The notes under the pieces are model-generated. The model saw only the letters and a program-made list of their open reading frames with translations. It made no database searches and had not been told where the DNA came from. From an uncultured Caldilineales bacterium (GTDB lineage Bacteria; Chloroflexota; Anaerolineae; J102): a stretch of 64,000 nt of DNA. Position numbers and translations under genes: made by a program. The DNA is taken from positions 5,015-69,014 of the forward strand of contig CAZHTZ010000001.1 in NCBI GenBank assembly GCA_964535455.1, read 5' to 3'. Positions 28,632 through 37,801 of the stretch are shown here, one piece after another (within the stretch, counting starts at the first letter, position 1; each line of letters starts with the position of its first letter).

Positions 28632-29888
28632 ATGCCCCCTATCCGCCTTCTGCACTTCGCCGATCTGCACATCGGCATGGAACGCCACGGTCGCGTGGAC
28701 CCTGCGACCGGCCTGAACAGCCGGGTGATGGACTTCCTCCGCCGCCTGTCGGACCTCGTCCAGTTTGCCATCGCCCGTGAAGTCGACCTGGTCATTTTTG
28801 CCGGCGATGCCTACAAAAACCGTGACCCCAACTCCACCTACCGCCGCGAGTTCTCCTGGCGGATCAAGGAATTGGCCGACAGGGGCGTCCCCGTGGTCCT
28901 GGTGCCGGGCAACCACGATCTGCCGGCAGTGGCGTCACGCGCCTCCTCCATCGAGGCCTTTGCCACGTTGCAGGTCCCCAATGTCTACGTGCTGGAACGC
29001 GAAGAGCTGGTGCAGTTGACCGCCCGGCGCGGCCAGCCGGTGCAGATCGCAGCCGCGCCCTATCCGTTCACCTCCGAGCTGGTCGCCCAGGAAGCGTACC
29101 GCGGGACCAGCCTCGATGCCCTCGACCGGCTCGTGAGCGACAAGATGGCGGAGAACATTCGGGCGCTGGCGCAGCAGGCGCGGCAGCAGGCAGAGACGCC
29201 CGCCATCCTGGTGGGGCACTTTTCGGTGGATGGCGCCGAACTCGGCTCGGAACGCGGCATCATGATCGGCCGGGATGTGAGCGTGCCGCGCTCGACGCTG
29301 GTCGATCCGGCCTGGGACTACGTCGCCCTGGGACACATCCATCGCTACCAGGACTTGAACGCAGGCGCTCAGCCACCCGTGGTCTACAGCGGCAGCGTGG
29401 AGCGCATCGACTTCGGCGAGGAGAAGGAGCCCAAGGGTTGGGTGCTGGCCGAAGTCGAACGCGGCCACACGACCTATCAGTTCATTCCCGGCTTTGAGCG
29501 CGAGGCCCGGCGTTTTGTCACCATCGACTGCGATGTGCGCGATGCCTCTGATCCAACCGCCGCCGTGCTCGCTGCCATCCGCAAGCGCGAGGTGCAGGAC
29601 GCCATCGTGCGCGTCCGGCTGCGCCTGCGTTCCGACCAGGATCCTCTGGTGAAGGAACGCGACCTGCGCGCCGCTCTGGTCGAGGCCTACGACGTGGCGG
29701 CCATTATCAAAGAGATCGACTGGGTTGTGCGCACCCGTTTGGGTGACGTGAACGTGGAGGCCCTGACTCCGTTAGAACTGCTGTCCCGCTATTTTCAGGT
29801 GTCCAATGTGCCCGCAGACCAGGCCGAAGCTCTGTTGCGGGACGCCAGGACCCTTGTCAGTGACGTGAACTCCCGGGACACAGCCTGA
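28632..29888 (+). CDS. Mre11/SbcD-like metallophosphoesterase nuclease.
   Basis: Calcineurin-like motifs LHFADLHIG, FAGDAYKNRDPN, VPGNHD, VGHFSV and LGHIHRYQ. It starts 5 nt after the herA stop. Confidence 0.85.
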   Translation: MPPIRLLHFADLHIGMERHGRVDPATGLNSRVMDFLRRLSDLVQFAIAREVDLVIFAGDAYKNRDPNSTYRREFSWRIKELADRGVPVVLVPGNHDLPAVASRASSIEAFATLQVPNVYVLEREELVQLTARRGQPVQIAAAPYPFTSELVAQEAYRGTSLDALDRLVSDKMAENIRALAQQARQQAETPAILVGHFSVDGAELGSERGIMIGRDVSVPRSTLVDPAWDYVALGHIHRYQDLNAGAQPPVVYSGSVERIDFGEEKEPKGWVLAEVERGHTTYQFIPGFEREARRFVTIDCDVRDASDPTAAVLAAIRKREVQDAIVRVRLRLRSDQDPLVKERDLRAALVEAYDVAAIIKEIDWVVRTRLGDVNVEALTPLELLSRYFQVSNVPADQAEALLRDARTLVSDVNSRDTA

Positions 29889-29905
29889 CGCATCTGCGAA
29901 CAGCG

Positions 29906-29939
29906 ATGCGCCCCTGCTCGGCGTGGAACAGGGGCGCAT
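29906..29939. terminator. Bidirectional stem-loop terminator between the convergent mre11-like and S8 protease genes.
   Basis: atgcgcccctg-ctcggcgtggaa-caggggcgcat forms a perfect 11-bp GC-rich stem. Confidence 0.6.
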
Positions 29940-29949
29940 GGAAGACGGG

Positions 29950-31239
29950 TCAGAACAGATGGAAGGCGAGCAACAACGTGAGCACGCAGCCGCCGGGCGT
30001 CGGCGGTGGCTTGGGTGGCGGTGTGGGTGTCGGCTCGGGCGGTGGCGTAGGCGTAGGTGTCGGCTCGGGCGGCGGTGGGGGGGGCGAGGGTGGCGTGTGG
30101 ACCGCCTGCCAGGCGGCATAGACGTCGCCGCGGCCCGTGCCCTGGCTGTTGGCGTCGAGGCCCAGGTCCACCGCCGTCGCCATCAAGCGTTCCTTGATTT
30201 GAGCAGGGGTCAGGCTGGCGTTGGCCGCCAGGAGCAGGGCTGCGACGCCACTGGCATGGGGTGTGGCCATGCTCGTCCCCGAAAGCTCGACGTAGTTGGT
30301 ATCCACGACGCGGCCCAGGGAGGTGCCGGCCGCACGCGCCGAGATGATCTTGGCGCCGGGGAAGACGACGTCGGGCTTCACCCGTCCATCTTCGGTCGGC
30401 CCGCGCGATGAGAAACTGGCGATCGTGTCCTCATCTGTACTGGCGCCGATGGTGATCACTTCACGGGCGCAGCCGGGCGAACCCACGGTGTGAGAATCGG
30501 GACCGAGGTTGCCGGCGGCGACCATGACGCAGACGCCCTCAGCTACAACCGCATCGCACGCCTCCGAGAGCGCATCGGTGCCGTCGCAGGAACCATCGCT
30601 GCCCAGGCTCAGGTTGACGATGGCAACACCCTGGTCAAGGACCCACTCCAGTCCGGCGATGACGTTGCTGGTACGCCCGTTGCCCTGGTCGTCGAGCACC
30701 TTGGCGATGTAGAGATCGGCGGCGGGCGCAATGCCCCGATAGCTGCCTCCACTCATCGCACCGGAGCCGGCGATAATCCCGGCGACGTGCGTGCCGTGCC
30801 CATTGCCATCCTGGGCGCTGCCCTTGCCTGTGAAGTCCTGTGAAGCCCGGACGCCCTCTTTCAAGTCGGTGTGGTTCAGGTCACAGCCTGTGTCGACGAT
30901 GCCGACCTTGACGCCTGCCCCTTCATCGCCGTTGCTCCACACGCGCGGGGCCCCGATGAGTGGAGCCGAACGGTCGAGCAGGGTGTGCACGGGCAGATCT
31001 TCCCAAATGCGCTCGATGGCTGGATGATCCGCCATCGCCAGGATGTCTGCGCGCGTGCCTTCCGTCGCCACCGCCGAAATGGTCCGGTAGGTCAGGTAGG
31101 GCGTAAACGCCATCGGCAGGCCCTGGGGGCTCACCTCGTCTTGGGCACGACGGTAGCGCACGATCACAGGGATCGTTTGGCTGGCATCAGCTTCCCGCAT
31201 GGTGCGGCGCAGGTCGGGGTGGATCTTGGCGAGGCTCAT
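29950..31239 (-). CDS. Subtilisin-like S8 serine peptidase with an N-terminal I9 propeptide, a C-terminal Pro/Thr linker and a hydrophobic tail.
   Basis: Catalytic VGIVDTGCD, HGTHVAGIIAG and GTSMATPHASG. C-terminus PPPPPEPTPTPTPP...GGCVLTLLLAFHLF. No obvious N-terminal signal peptide. Confidence 0.85.
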   Translation of the reverse strand: MSLAKIHPDLRRTMREADASQTIPVIVRYRRAQDEVSPQGLPMAFTPYLTYRTISAVATEGTRADILAMADHPAIERIWEDLPVHTLLDRSAPLIGAPRVWSNGDEGAGVKVGIVDTGCDLNHTDLKEGVRASQDFTGKGSAQDGNGHGTHVAGIIAGSGAMSGGSYRGIAPAADLYIAKVLDDQGNGRTSNVIAGLEWVLDQGVAIVNLSLGSDGSCDGTDALSEACDAVVAEGVCVMVAAGNLGPDSHTVGSPGCAREVITIGASTDEDTIASFSSRGPTEDGRVKPDVVFPGAKIISARAAGTSLGRVVDTNYVELSGTSMATPHASGVAALLLAANASLTPAQIKERLMATAVDLGLDANSQGTGRGDVYAAWQAVHTPPSPPPPPPEPTPTPTPPPEPTPTPPPKPPPTPGGCVLTLLLAFHLF

Positions 31240-31250
31240 AGCGAACTTCC

Positions 31251-31523
31251 TCAGTGCAGGGTGTGCACGGGTTGATCCGGCTCGATGCGCACGACCCAAC
31301 TGGCGCTGGCGAGTCCGAGCAGATCGGCGGCGCGTCCTTGTACGGCCAGACCGCGGACGAAGCGCAGGCGTCGCCTGATGACCAAACCGGCGGCCTCGGC
31401 TTCGGCCTCGTGGTCTGGTTCCAGGCGATCGCAACGCACGATGGCGGCGATATCGGCGTCAGGCTCGGCCTGGAGCGCTTCTAGAAAGGCGCGGCTGAAC
31501 TTGGCATTAAGGTCGGAAGCCAT
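31251..31523 (-). CDS. Free-standing peptidase-inhibitor I9 (subtilisin propeptide)-like protein.
   Basis: It is homologous to the propeptide of the downstream protease (LVIRRRLRFVRGLAVQG...VVRIEPDQPVHTL versus IERIWEDLPVHTL). It is in a different frame, and its stop lies 12 nt upstream of the protease ATG. Confidence 0.55.
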   Translation of the reverse strand: MASDLNAKFSRAFLEALQAEPDADIAAIVRCDRLEPDHEAEAEAAGLVIRRRLRFVRGLAVQGRAADLLGLASASWVVRIEPDQPVHTLH

Positions 31524-31737
31524 TGGTCAATAGACAAGCCCAAAGACACAAACAGGTAGGAAAGACGATAGGAATCTTACTTCAGGGGTGGGAGGCTGTC
31601 AACCGCTTTTGAATCGGCGAATTGGGTACTGGGTCTTCTTGCGCCTTTGGTGGCTCTTTGTTAACCTAGGCGGGCAGGTAACGTCCTGTTGTGACCGCGT
31701 TTGATGCCAGATTCGTCTGTTTTCAGGAGGTAGGCTT

Positions 31738-33120
31738 ATGCGGGTAGCAGCCATGATCATGGCGGGAGGCGAGGGGTCGCGGCTGACGGTGCTGTCTGAG
31801 CATCGCGCCAAGCCATCGGTGCCCTTTGCTGGCAAGTACCGCATCATTGACTTCACCCTGTCCAACTGCGTCAATTCCCATATCTTCGATGTCGCCATTC
31901 TCACCCAGTACCGGCCGCACTCACTCAACCAACACATTGGCAGCGGCAAACCCTGGGATCTGGACCGGCTGCGGGGTGGGGTGCGCCTGCTCCAGCCCTA
32001 TCAGGCGCGCGGATCGCAGGACTGGTATCAGGGCACGGCGGATGCCGTCCTCCAGAACCATGACTATCTTCTCAGGCATGATGCCGATCGCATCCTGATC
32101 CTTTCCGGCGACCACATCTATAAGATGGACTACCGGCAGATGATCGCCTTTCACGAGGAGAAAGGCGCCGATCTGACGGTGGGGGTGATGAATGTGCCGC
32201 TGGAAGAGACAGACCGCTTTGGCATCATGACGACCAACAAGGCGAATCGCGTGACGGAGTTCCACGAGAAGCCGAAGCTGCGTGACAAGGGAACGCTCGC
32301 CAGCATGGGCATCTACGTGTTCAATGTAGACACGCTCATCGAGCGTCTCCAGGAGGGGCACAAACGCGAGCCTAACCTTGATTTCGGCAAGCACGTCATC
32401 CCCACCATGATCGGTGAAGACAAAGTCTATGCCTACCAGTTCGAAGGCTACTGGGTGGATGTCGGGACGGTGGAGGCCTACTGGCGGACCTCGCTGGAGC
32501 TGTGCGATCCCAAGAGCCCTCTCAACCTGTGGGACACGAGCTGGCCGATTCGGACGCGCAGCCAGGAACGACCGCCGGTGAAGTGCAGTGCTCAGGGCAG
32601 GATCGTTCACTCCCTGGTAAGCAATGGCTGCACGATCCACGGTTATGTCGAAAACTCCGTGCTGTCACCGGGCGTCTTCGTGTCACCTGGGGCGATCGTG
32701 CGTGATTCCGTCGTCATGAACGATACGTGGATCGGACCGGGGGCGGTCGTCGATCGCGCGGTGGTAGACAAGTCGGTGGTTGTCGGTCCGGGTGTCCAGT
32801 TGGGATATGGCGATGACATGCACCCCAACTATGAGCATCCGGATTGGCTGGATGTGGGCATCACGGTCGTCGGCAAAGGTGCGTACATCGCCGCCAATGT
32901 CACCATCGGTCGCAACGTACTCATCCATTCGGATGTGGACGATGACGCCTTTGCCGGTCTGCCCGGGAACGTCGTGCCAAGCGGCGCCACCGTCCAACCG
33001 GGGCGCGTGCTTCTGCCGCCCGAGGCGCCTGTCAAATCTGTGACAGAGTCGCCGGTGGTGGTTCACGAGCCCCCTGCCGTAGCCAGCGCCACCGAAAAGA
33101 CGAAGGAGAAGCCAGCATGA
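31738..33120 (+). CDS. glgC: Glucose-1-phosphate adenylyltransferase.
   Basis: [38 protein letters not shown] motif, and a C-terminal left-handed beta-helix. Confidence 0.9.
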   Translation: MRVAAMIMAGGEGSRLTVLSEHRAKPSVPFAGKYRIIDFTLSNCVNSHIFDVAILTQYRPHSLNQHIGSGKPWDLDRLRGGVRLLQPYQARGSQDWYQGTADAVLQNHDYLLRHDADRILILSGDHIYKMDYRQMIAFHEEKGADLTVGVMNVPLEETDRFGIMTTNKANRVTEFHEKPKLRDKGTLASMGIYVFNVDTLIERLQEGHKREPNLDFGKHVIPTMIGEDKVYAYQFEGYWVDVGTVEAYWRTSLELCDPKSPLNLWDTSWPIRTRSQERPPVKCSAQGRIVHSLVSNGCTIHGYVENSVLSPGVFVSPGAIVRDSVVMNDTWIGPGAVVDRAVVDKSVVVGPGVQLGYGDDMHPNYEHPDWLDVGITVVGKGAYIAANVTIGRNVLIHSDVDDDAFAGLPGNVVPSGATVQPGRVLLPPEAPVKSVTESPVVVHEPPAVASATEKTKEKPA

Positions 33121-34367
33121 GCACGCTCGCCCTGATCCTGGCAGGCGGCGCCGGCCCTGACCTGCACGTGTTGACGGCCAATCGTTCTGACGCCGCCGTT
33201 CCCTTTGGCGGCAAGTACCGCGTCATCGACTTTGCCCTCTCCAACTGCGTTAACTCTAACATCTTCAACGTGTCGGTGCTGACGCAGTACATGCCGCGCT
33301 CACTCAACGAGCACATCCGCGCGGGCAAGCCCTGGGATCTTGACCGTGATGACGGTGGGGTGCGCCTTTTGCACCCTTACCAGGCCACTACTGACGGCCT
33401 GGGCAGATGGGAACAGGGGTCCAGCGACGCCATCCGCTTCAATCTCGATGTGGTGCGGGAGAGCCGCGCCGAACACATCGTGGTGCTGGCCGGCAACCAC
33501 ATCTACAAGATGAATTACCAGCCCATGATCGAGTTCCACCAATCTCGACGGGCTGATGTGACCGTGGGCGTGCTGGCGGTGCCTGCGCACCAAACCCAGC
33601 GCTTCGGTATGGTTACGGCCGACGCCGATGGCCGCATTACGCGTTTCGAAGAGAAGCCCCGGCGCACCCGGTCAATCCTCGCCAGCATGGGCATCTACGT
33701 CTTCAACGCTGAAGCCCTGAATGATGTCTTGTTGGGAATAGGTCAGTCCCACCGCCAACTGGGACGCGAGACGGTGCCCTGGTTTGTGAAGCACAAACGC
33801 GTCTTCGCCTATCAGTTCGAAGGCTACTGGGCGAACATCTCTACGATCCCTGCCTACTACGAAGCCAACATGGGCTTGCTGGCCGACATCCCCGCCCTCG
33901 ATCTGTCCGATCCACGCTGGGTCATCCACACTCAGTCAGAACAGCGACCACCCGTGCTGGTAGGAGCGGAAGCGCAGGTGAGCGGCAACCTGCTGTGCGA
34001 TGGCGCGCTCATCGAGGGCAAAGTGGTGCGCTCGGTGCTGGGGCCGGGAGTCTACGTTGCGCCCGGCGCCGAGGTGCACGACAGCATCATCATGAATGAC
34101 ACGGTGGTGGGCCCCGATGCGGTGGTGGATCGCGCCATTCTGGACAAACACGTCACCATCGGTGAAGGGGCTTTCGTTGGCCACGGTAGCGACAACACGC
34201 CCAACAGCAGCTCGCCCGGCATCCTGAACACCGGTATCACAGTGGTCGGCAAGCGCGCCAGCATCCCTGCAGATATGGTCGTGGGCCGCAACGTGATCCT
34301 GAGATCCCATGCGCGAGCAGAAGCCTTTCCGGCTGGCCAGATCGCCAGCGGCACGACCGTAGGATAG
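33117..34367 (+). CDS. glgD: GlgD-like regulatory subunit of ADP-glucose pyrophosphorylase.
   Basis: It is a paralog of glgC with a degenerate G-rich loop (LAGGAGPDL instead of GGEGSRL). A 4-nt overlap links it to glgC. Confidence 0.75.
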   Translation: MSTLALILAGGAGPDLHVLTANRSDAAVPFGGKYRVIDFALSNCVNSNIFNVSVLTQYMPRSLNEHIRAGKPWDLDRDDGGVRLLHPYQATTDGLGRWEQGSSDAIRFNLDVVRESRAEHIVVLAGNHIYKMNYQPMIEFHQSRRADVTVGVLAVPAHQTQRFGMVTADADGRITRFEEKPRRTRSILASMGIYVFNAEALNDVLLGIGQSHRQLGRETVPWFVKHKRVFAYQFEGYWANISTIPAYYEANMGLLADIPALDLSDPRWVIHTQSEQRPPVLVGAEAQVSGNLLCDGALIEGKVVRSVLGPGVYVAPGAEVHDSIIMNDTVVGPDAVVDRAILDKHVTIGEGAFVGHGSDNTPNSSSPGILNTGITVVGKRASIPADMVVGRNVILRSHARAEAFPAGQIASGTTVG

Positions 34368-34426
34368 ACGAGTCAGGGCGACGCCTCCCCACAAGGCAGG
34401 ATGCGTCGCCCTGTTTCACCGGGGCG

Positions 34427-35734
34427 CTAGGGGACGAAGCGAGCCAGGCGCGGGCTGTCTCGCCATAACATGGGAAAGTAGATCGGCTGCTGGCGGTCGC
34501 AGGTTTCGACGGTGATTTGGTCGAGATACCAGGACGTGGTCGTGGCGCCGGTCGAGCCCTCGGCATAGAAGCGCAGAGTCTGCCCGCGATAGGCGTTGAG
34601 ATCCGTCGTGGTGAGGCGCCACTGCTGCATCTTGCTGCCCTGGCCGATGACTTGCACGGTGGAAAGGACGGCGCCGCCGGGTGTGCGCAGGGTGACGGTG
34701 AGAGCGTCGGAGCTGCCGAGCTGGCTGTTGACCGCAGGGGGATTCATCGCCCACCAGTAGTTGAGCCGGGCCACCGGGGCGCTGGGTGGAACGTCGAAAT
34801 CCTGGTAGAGGAAATGATCCGTGGCATCGGCGCCACCAAACCAGGCGCCTCGCAAGGTGATCCCCTGAACGTCGGTGAAGGCGGATGTCAGCACCAGGTT
34901 CTGGAACCAGCCCTGGTAGCCGTCGCTGCCCAGATCGAAATCGGGGTTGGCAATGATCTGTGCGCAGACCCCAGGCGGCGTGGCCGTCGGCGTCGGAGTA
35001 GGGGTCGGTGCTGTCCCAGTTGGCGTGGCAGTAGACACGCGTGTACTCGTGGGGGTTGGTGTGACCGTAGGTGTCGGGGTAGGCGTCTGGATGGGTGTCG
35101 GTGTGACGGTGGCTGTTGCCGTGGGGGTGACGTCGGGTGTCGGGACAAAACAGCCCTCGGGCGTGATCTGCTTGGTCTGGCAGACTTTGAGACTGACATC
35201 GTCGACGTACATGGCGGTCAGGCCGCTGCTGCCATTGTTCTTCACCCCGAAGTAAAGAGCGATGTCGCGTCCCAAGAACTCACTGACATCAAAGCCACAA
35301 CTCAGCCACTGGGCGTCATTGCGAACGTCGTTCCACACCCGCAGTTTGACGCTGTTGTCAGGCCCCAGGATGTTGGCCATCTGCAGGTCCTGGTTGTCCT
35401 GAGGTTGACTGATAGGATAGGAGCGCCAGGCCAGGACCAACTGTGTGCCGCTGGGCACGGTAATGGGTTGGCGCATGGAAGAAAATGCGGTGATGTTGTT
35501 GCCACCAACGATGCCCAGACGGGCGCTGCGCGCCGGGCTGTAAAACTGGGCCGGGCTGTAACCCCCACGATTAACAGTGACAGGAAAGTCCCAGGCCGCG
35601 TCGCCTTCCATGTCACCGTTGATGACCAACTCCGTGCAATCGTCTGCGCCATCGCCGGCACTGACGGGCTGCAAAGCCACGAGCAGCAGAAGCGGGACGA
35701 GAAGAAGACAGGTAAGACGAAGAAGCTTGCGCAT
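34427..35734 (-). CDS. Secreted protein with two CBM4/9-like (galactose-binding-like) modules separated by a Thr/Pro linker.
   Basis: Signal peptide MRKLLRLTCLLLVPLLLLVALQPVSA. NGDMEGDAAW and NPDFDLGSDGYQGW begin the two homologous modules. The linker is TPTATATVTPTPIQTPTPTPTVTPTPT. Confidence 0.65.
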   Translation of the reverse strand: MRKLLRLTCLLLVPLLLLVALQPVSAGDGADDCTELVINGDMEGDAAWDFPVTVNRGGYSPAQFYSPARSARLGIVGGNNITAFSSMRQPITVPSGTQLVLAWRSYPISQPQDNQDLQMANILGPDNSVKLRVWNDVRNDAQWLSCGFDVSEFLGRDIALYFGVKNNGSSGLTAMYVDDVSLKVCQTKQITPEGCFVPTPDVTPTATATVTPTPIQTPTPTPTVTPTPTSTRVSTATPTGTAPTPTPTPTATPPGVCAQIIANPDFDLGSDGYQGWFQNLVLTSAFTDVQGITLRGAWFGGADATDHFLYQDFDVPPSAPVARLNYWWAMNPPAVNSQLGSSDALTVTLRTPGGAVLSTVQVIGQGSKMQQWRLTTTDLNAYRGQTLRFYAEGSTGATTTSWYLDQITVETCDRQQPIYFPMLWRDSPRLARFVP

Positions 35735-35885
35735 GATGTCCTCCTGGCCAGAATAAGTTCAGTGTGTATGACGTCTGGATCGACCCAAACAAGGCGCGAG
35801 GGAAACAACCCAAGTCGATGCTTAGGGAGACGGCAGGTAGAGTTTGATCCGCAGGAAATCGTCCTTCTGGTCGGAGGGCGATTGC

Positions 35886-37748
35886 CTACCAGGTGACGTC
35901 AGGTTGTTCCCAACGAGCCATCTCGGCGCCGTCCCGCGCATCGTAGAGAACGACGACCAGGTTGACGGGTCCATCGGGCACGGACGGCAGGGGTAGATCA
36001 TAGACGTCGTCGATGATCTCGTTCTGTCGCCAGAGCGCCGGCGGGTACGTGTTGTGGACCGGAAAGTCGTCGCTCTGGGCGAGCAGCGCGCCATCCTGCC
36101 CATACAGGCGTGCGGAAACCTTGAAATCGACGGGAGGCGTGGCAAAAGTGCGCCACTGCAAGGCAAGGCGCGCGCTGGGGCCACTGCGGGGCTGCCGCAC
36201 TTCGATGTCCCAACCCGTCAGTGTCACCTGTGGCGTCATCGGCGCTGTCACCTGGTTGGCCAACGGCTTGGTTCGAGCCTGATCGGCCAGCCAGACGCGG
36301 ACGAGGGGACCGGCGGCGCCGGCGCTGTAGGTTTCAGGCAGCCCTGCCAGGGGACGCGTGGTATAGGTGGACCGTCCGGAGGCCAGACTGCCGGCGATGG
36401 CGGCCAGGCGGTCGGGCTCGGCATCGCTGGCAATCGTCTGCACATCCGGACGCAGGTCCTGTGTGCGCTGGAAGTAGCGCAGCAGCGTCATTTCGCCCAA
36501 CAGGCCAACCACAGAACCGCCCGGTTCGATGGCGTCCAGCATGTCGAGGCCGTAGTCGTGCACCCCCCAAGCGCGTTCGGCTGGATGCCGGCGGTCCTGG
36601 TCAGGCAGTCGCTGGACAACAAGGGTGGCGGGCCAAACCAGGAGCACGACTGTAGCAAGGACGCGCAGCGCCACGAGCAGGCGCGAAGGCGCACCCCGCC
36701 ACAGACGCCGCACCATGACCGTTGCATAGAGTAGGGCGCTGTCCCATAACACGGTGAGCCCGACGGCGACGAACAAAACCCAGACGATGACGGCCGGGAT
36801 CAGGAACACCTCGATGTCGGCGACCAGGTAGCGACTGGCAAAGATCAGATCAACCAGGCCAATCAACGCCAGCAGCACAAAGCGTCGAGGCTGCATCCGC
36901 CATAGGCCAGCACCGGTCACAGCCACGATCACACCCAGGAATCCAAATTGGCCTACCAGGATGTCCAACAAGTCGGCGAAGCTGCGTTGGATGCCAAAGG
37001 GATTGTCGTTCAGGAAGGTGCTGTAACCCCCACCCATGATCCATCCCCATAAGCCGATGCGGGCGTAACTGCCGTCGAGCGAGCCCACGTTGCTGCGAAG
37101 GGGCAGTAGGGCGTAGAGCAGGAGGGGAGCCAACAGCGCCGCCAGTGGTCGCAGCCAGCTTGCCGGACGGCGCAGCAGGCCAGGTTCTGTCCAGAGCACG
37201 AAGACGAGGATGCCCGGCAGCAAGAGCAAGGTCAGGCGGTGATGGGCCAGGCCAAGACCGATCCCCAGGGCAGTAAGGGTCAGCCAGCGTTGCCGCGCCG
37301 CAGCGTCCCGTGTTTCATCCCAGCGCAGCAGTGTGTAGATCACCACCACCGTGAGTAGACCCTGCAGCGTGTATACCTCGGCGATCGTAGCCTGGGACCA
37401 CCAGATAGGGCTGACTGCAAAGAGCAGGGCGGCGACAAACGCCGGGACACCGCCGCCGCCCAGGCGCCGGGCTGCCGCATACAGGAGGACGACGGCGACG
37501 CTGGCGGCAAGGGCTGAGAACAGGTTGGCGCGAAACGCCGCGTCCCCAAATGGCGTCACGAGCGTGGTCAGCCATCCGAGCAGGGTGTAGAGGGGGTAGC
37601 CGGTGGGATGGGCGATGGCAAACGTCGGCAGCACCACCTGAAACTCCAACGAGTCATCGAAGAGGGTGACGACTGTCGGCGCCATAGTGGCCATGTAGAG
37701 GCCCAGACAGATCAGAAAGAGAAGGAGAGAAGCAGCGTGTTTACGCAT
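35886..37748 (-). CDS. DUF2723/TMEM260-like polytopic membrane protein (GT-C-fold glycosyltransferase-like).
   Basis: MRKHAASLLLFLICLGLYMATMAPTVVTLFDDSLEFQ. The N-terminal multi-TM domain has a DD/DxxE loop motif, and the C-terminal region is extracytoplasmic. Confidence 0.7.
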   Translation of the reverse strand: MRKHAASLLLFLICLGLYMATMAPTVVTLFDDSLEFQVVLPTFAIAHPTGYPLYTLLGWLTTLVTPFGDAAFRANLFSALAASVAVVLLYAAARRLGGGGVPAFVAALLFAVSPIWWSQATIAEVYTLQGLLTVVVIYTLLRWDETRDAAARQRWLTLTALGIGLGLAHHRLTLLLLPGILVFVLWTEPGLLRRPASWLRPLAALLAPLLLYALLPLRSNVGSLDGSYARIGLWGWIMGGGYSTFLNDNPFGIQRSFADLLDILVGQFGFLGVIVAVTGAGLWRMQPRRFVLLALIGLVDLIFASRYLVADIEVFLIPAVIVWVLFVAVGLTVLWDSALLYATVMVRRLWRGAPSRLLVALRVLATVVLLVWPATLVVQRLPDQDRRHPAERAWGVHDYGLDMLDAIEPGGSVVGLLGEMTLLRYFQRTQDLRPDVQTIASDAEPDRLAAIAGSLASGRSTYTTRPLAGLPETYSAGAAGPLVRVWLADQARTKPLANQVTAPMTPQVTLTGWDIEVRQPRSGPSARLALQWRTFATPPVDFKVSARLYGQDGALLAQSDDFPVHNTYPPALWRQNEIIDDVYDLPLPSVPDGPVNLVVVLYDARDGAEMARWEQPDVTW

Positions 37749-37801
37749 GAAGGGAACCCCGCGATGCGGCGCGGGCTGCAACGGGCGATGCCATGGGAAC
37801 G

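Noticed and set aside
24972-29888. Looked for a Rad50/SbcC (large coiled-coil ABC ATPase) gene to complete the Mre11 complex.
   Set aside because: None is present in or adjacent to the operon. The flanking genes are an unrelated divergent membrane protein and a convergent protease. The absence is reported as a finding, not assumed to be an annotation gap.
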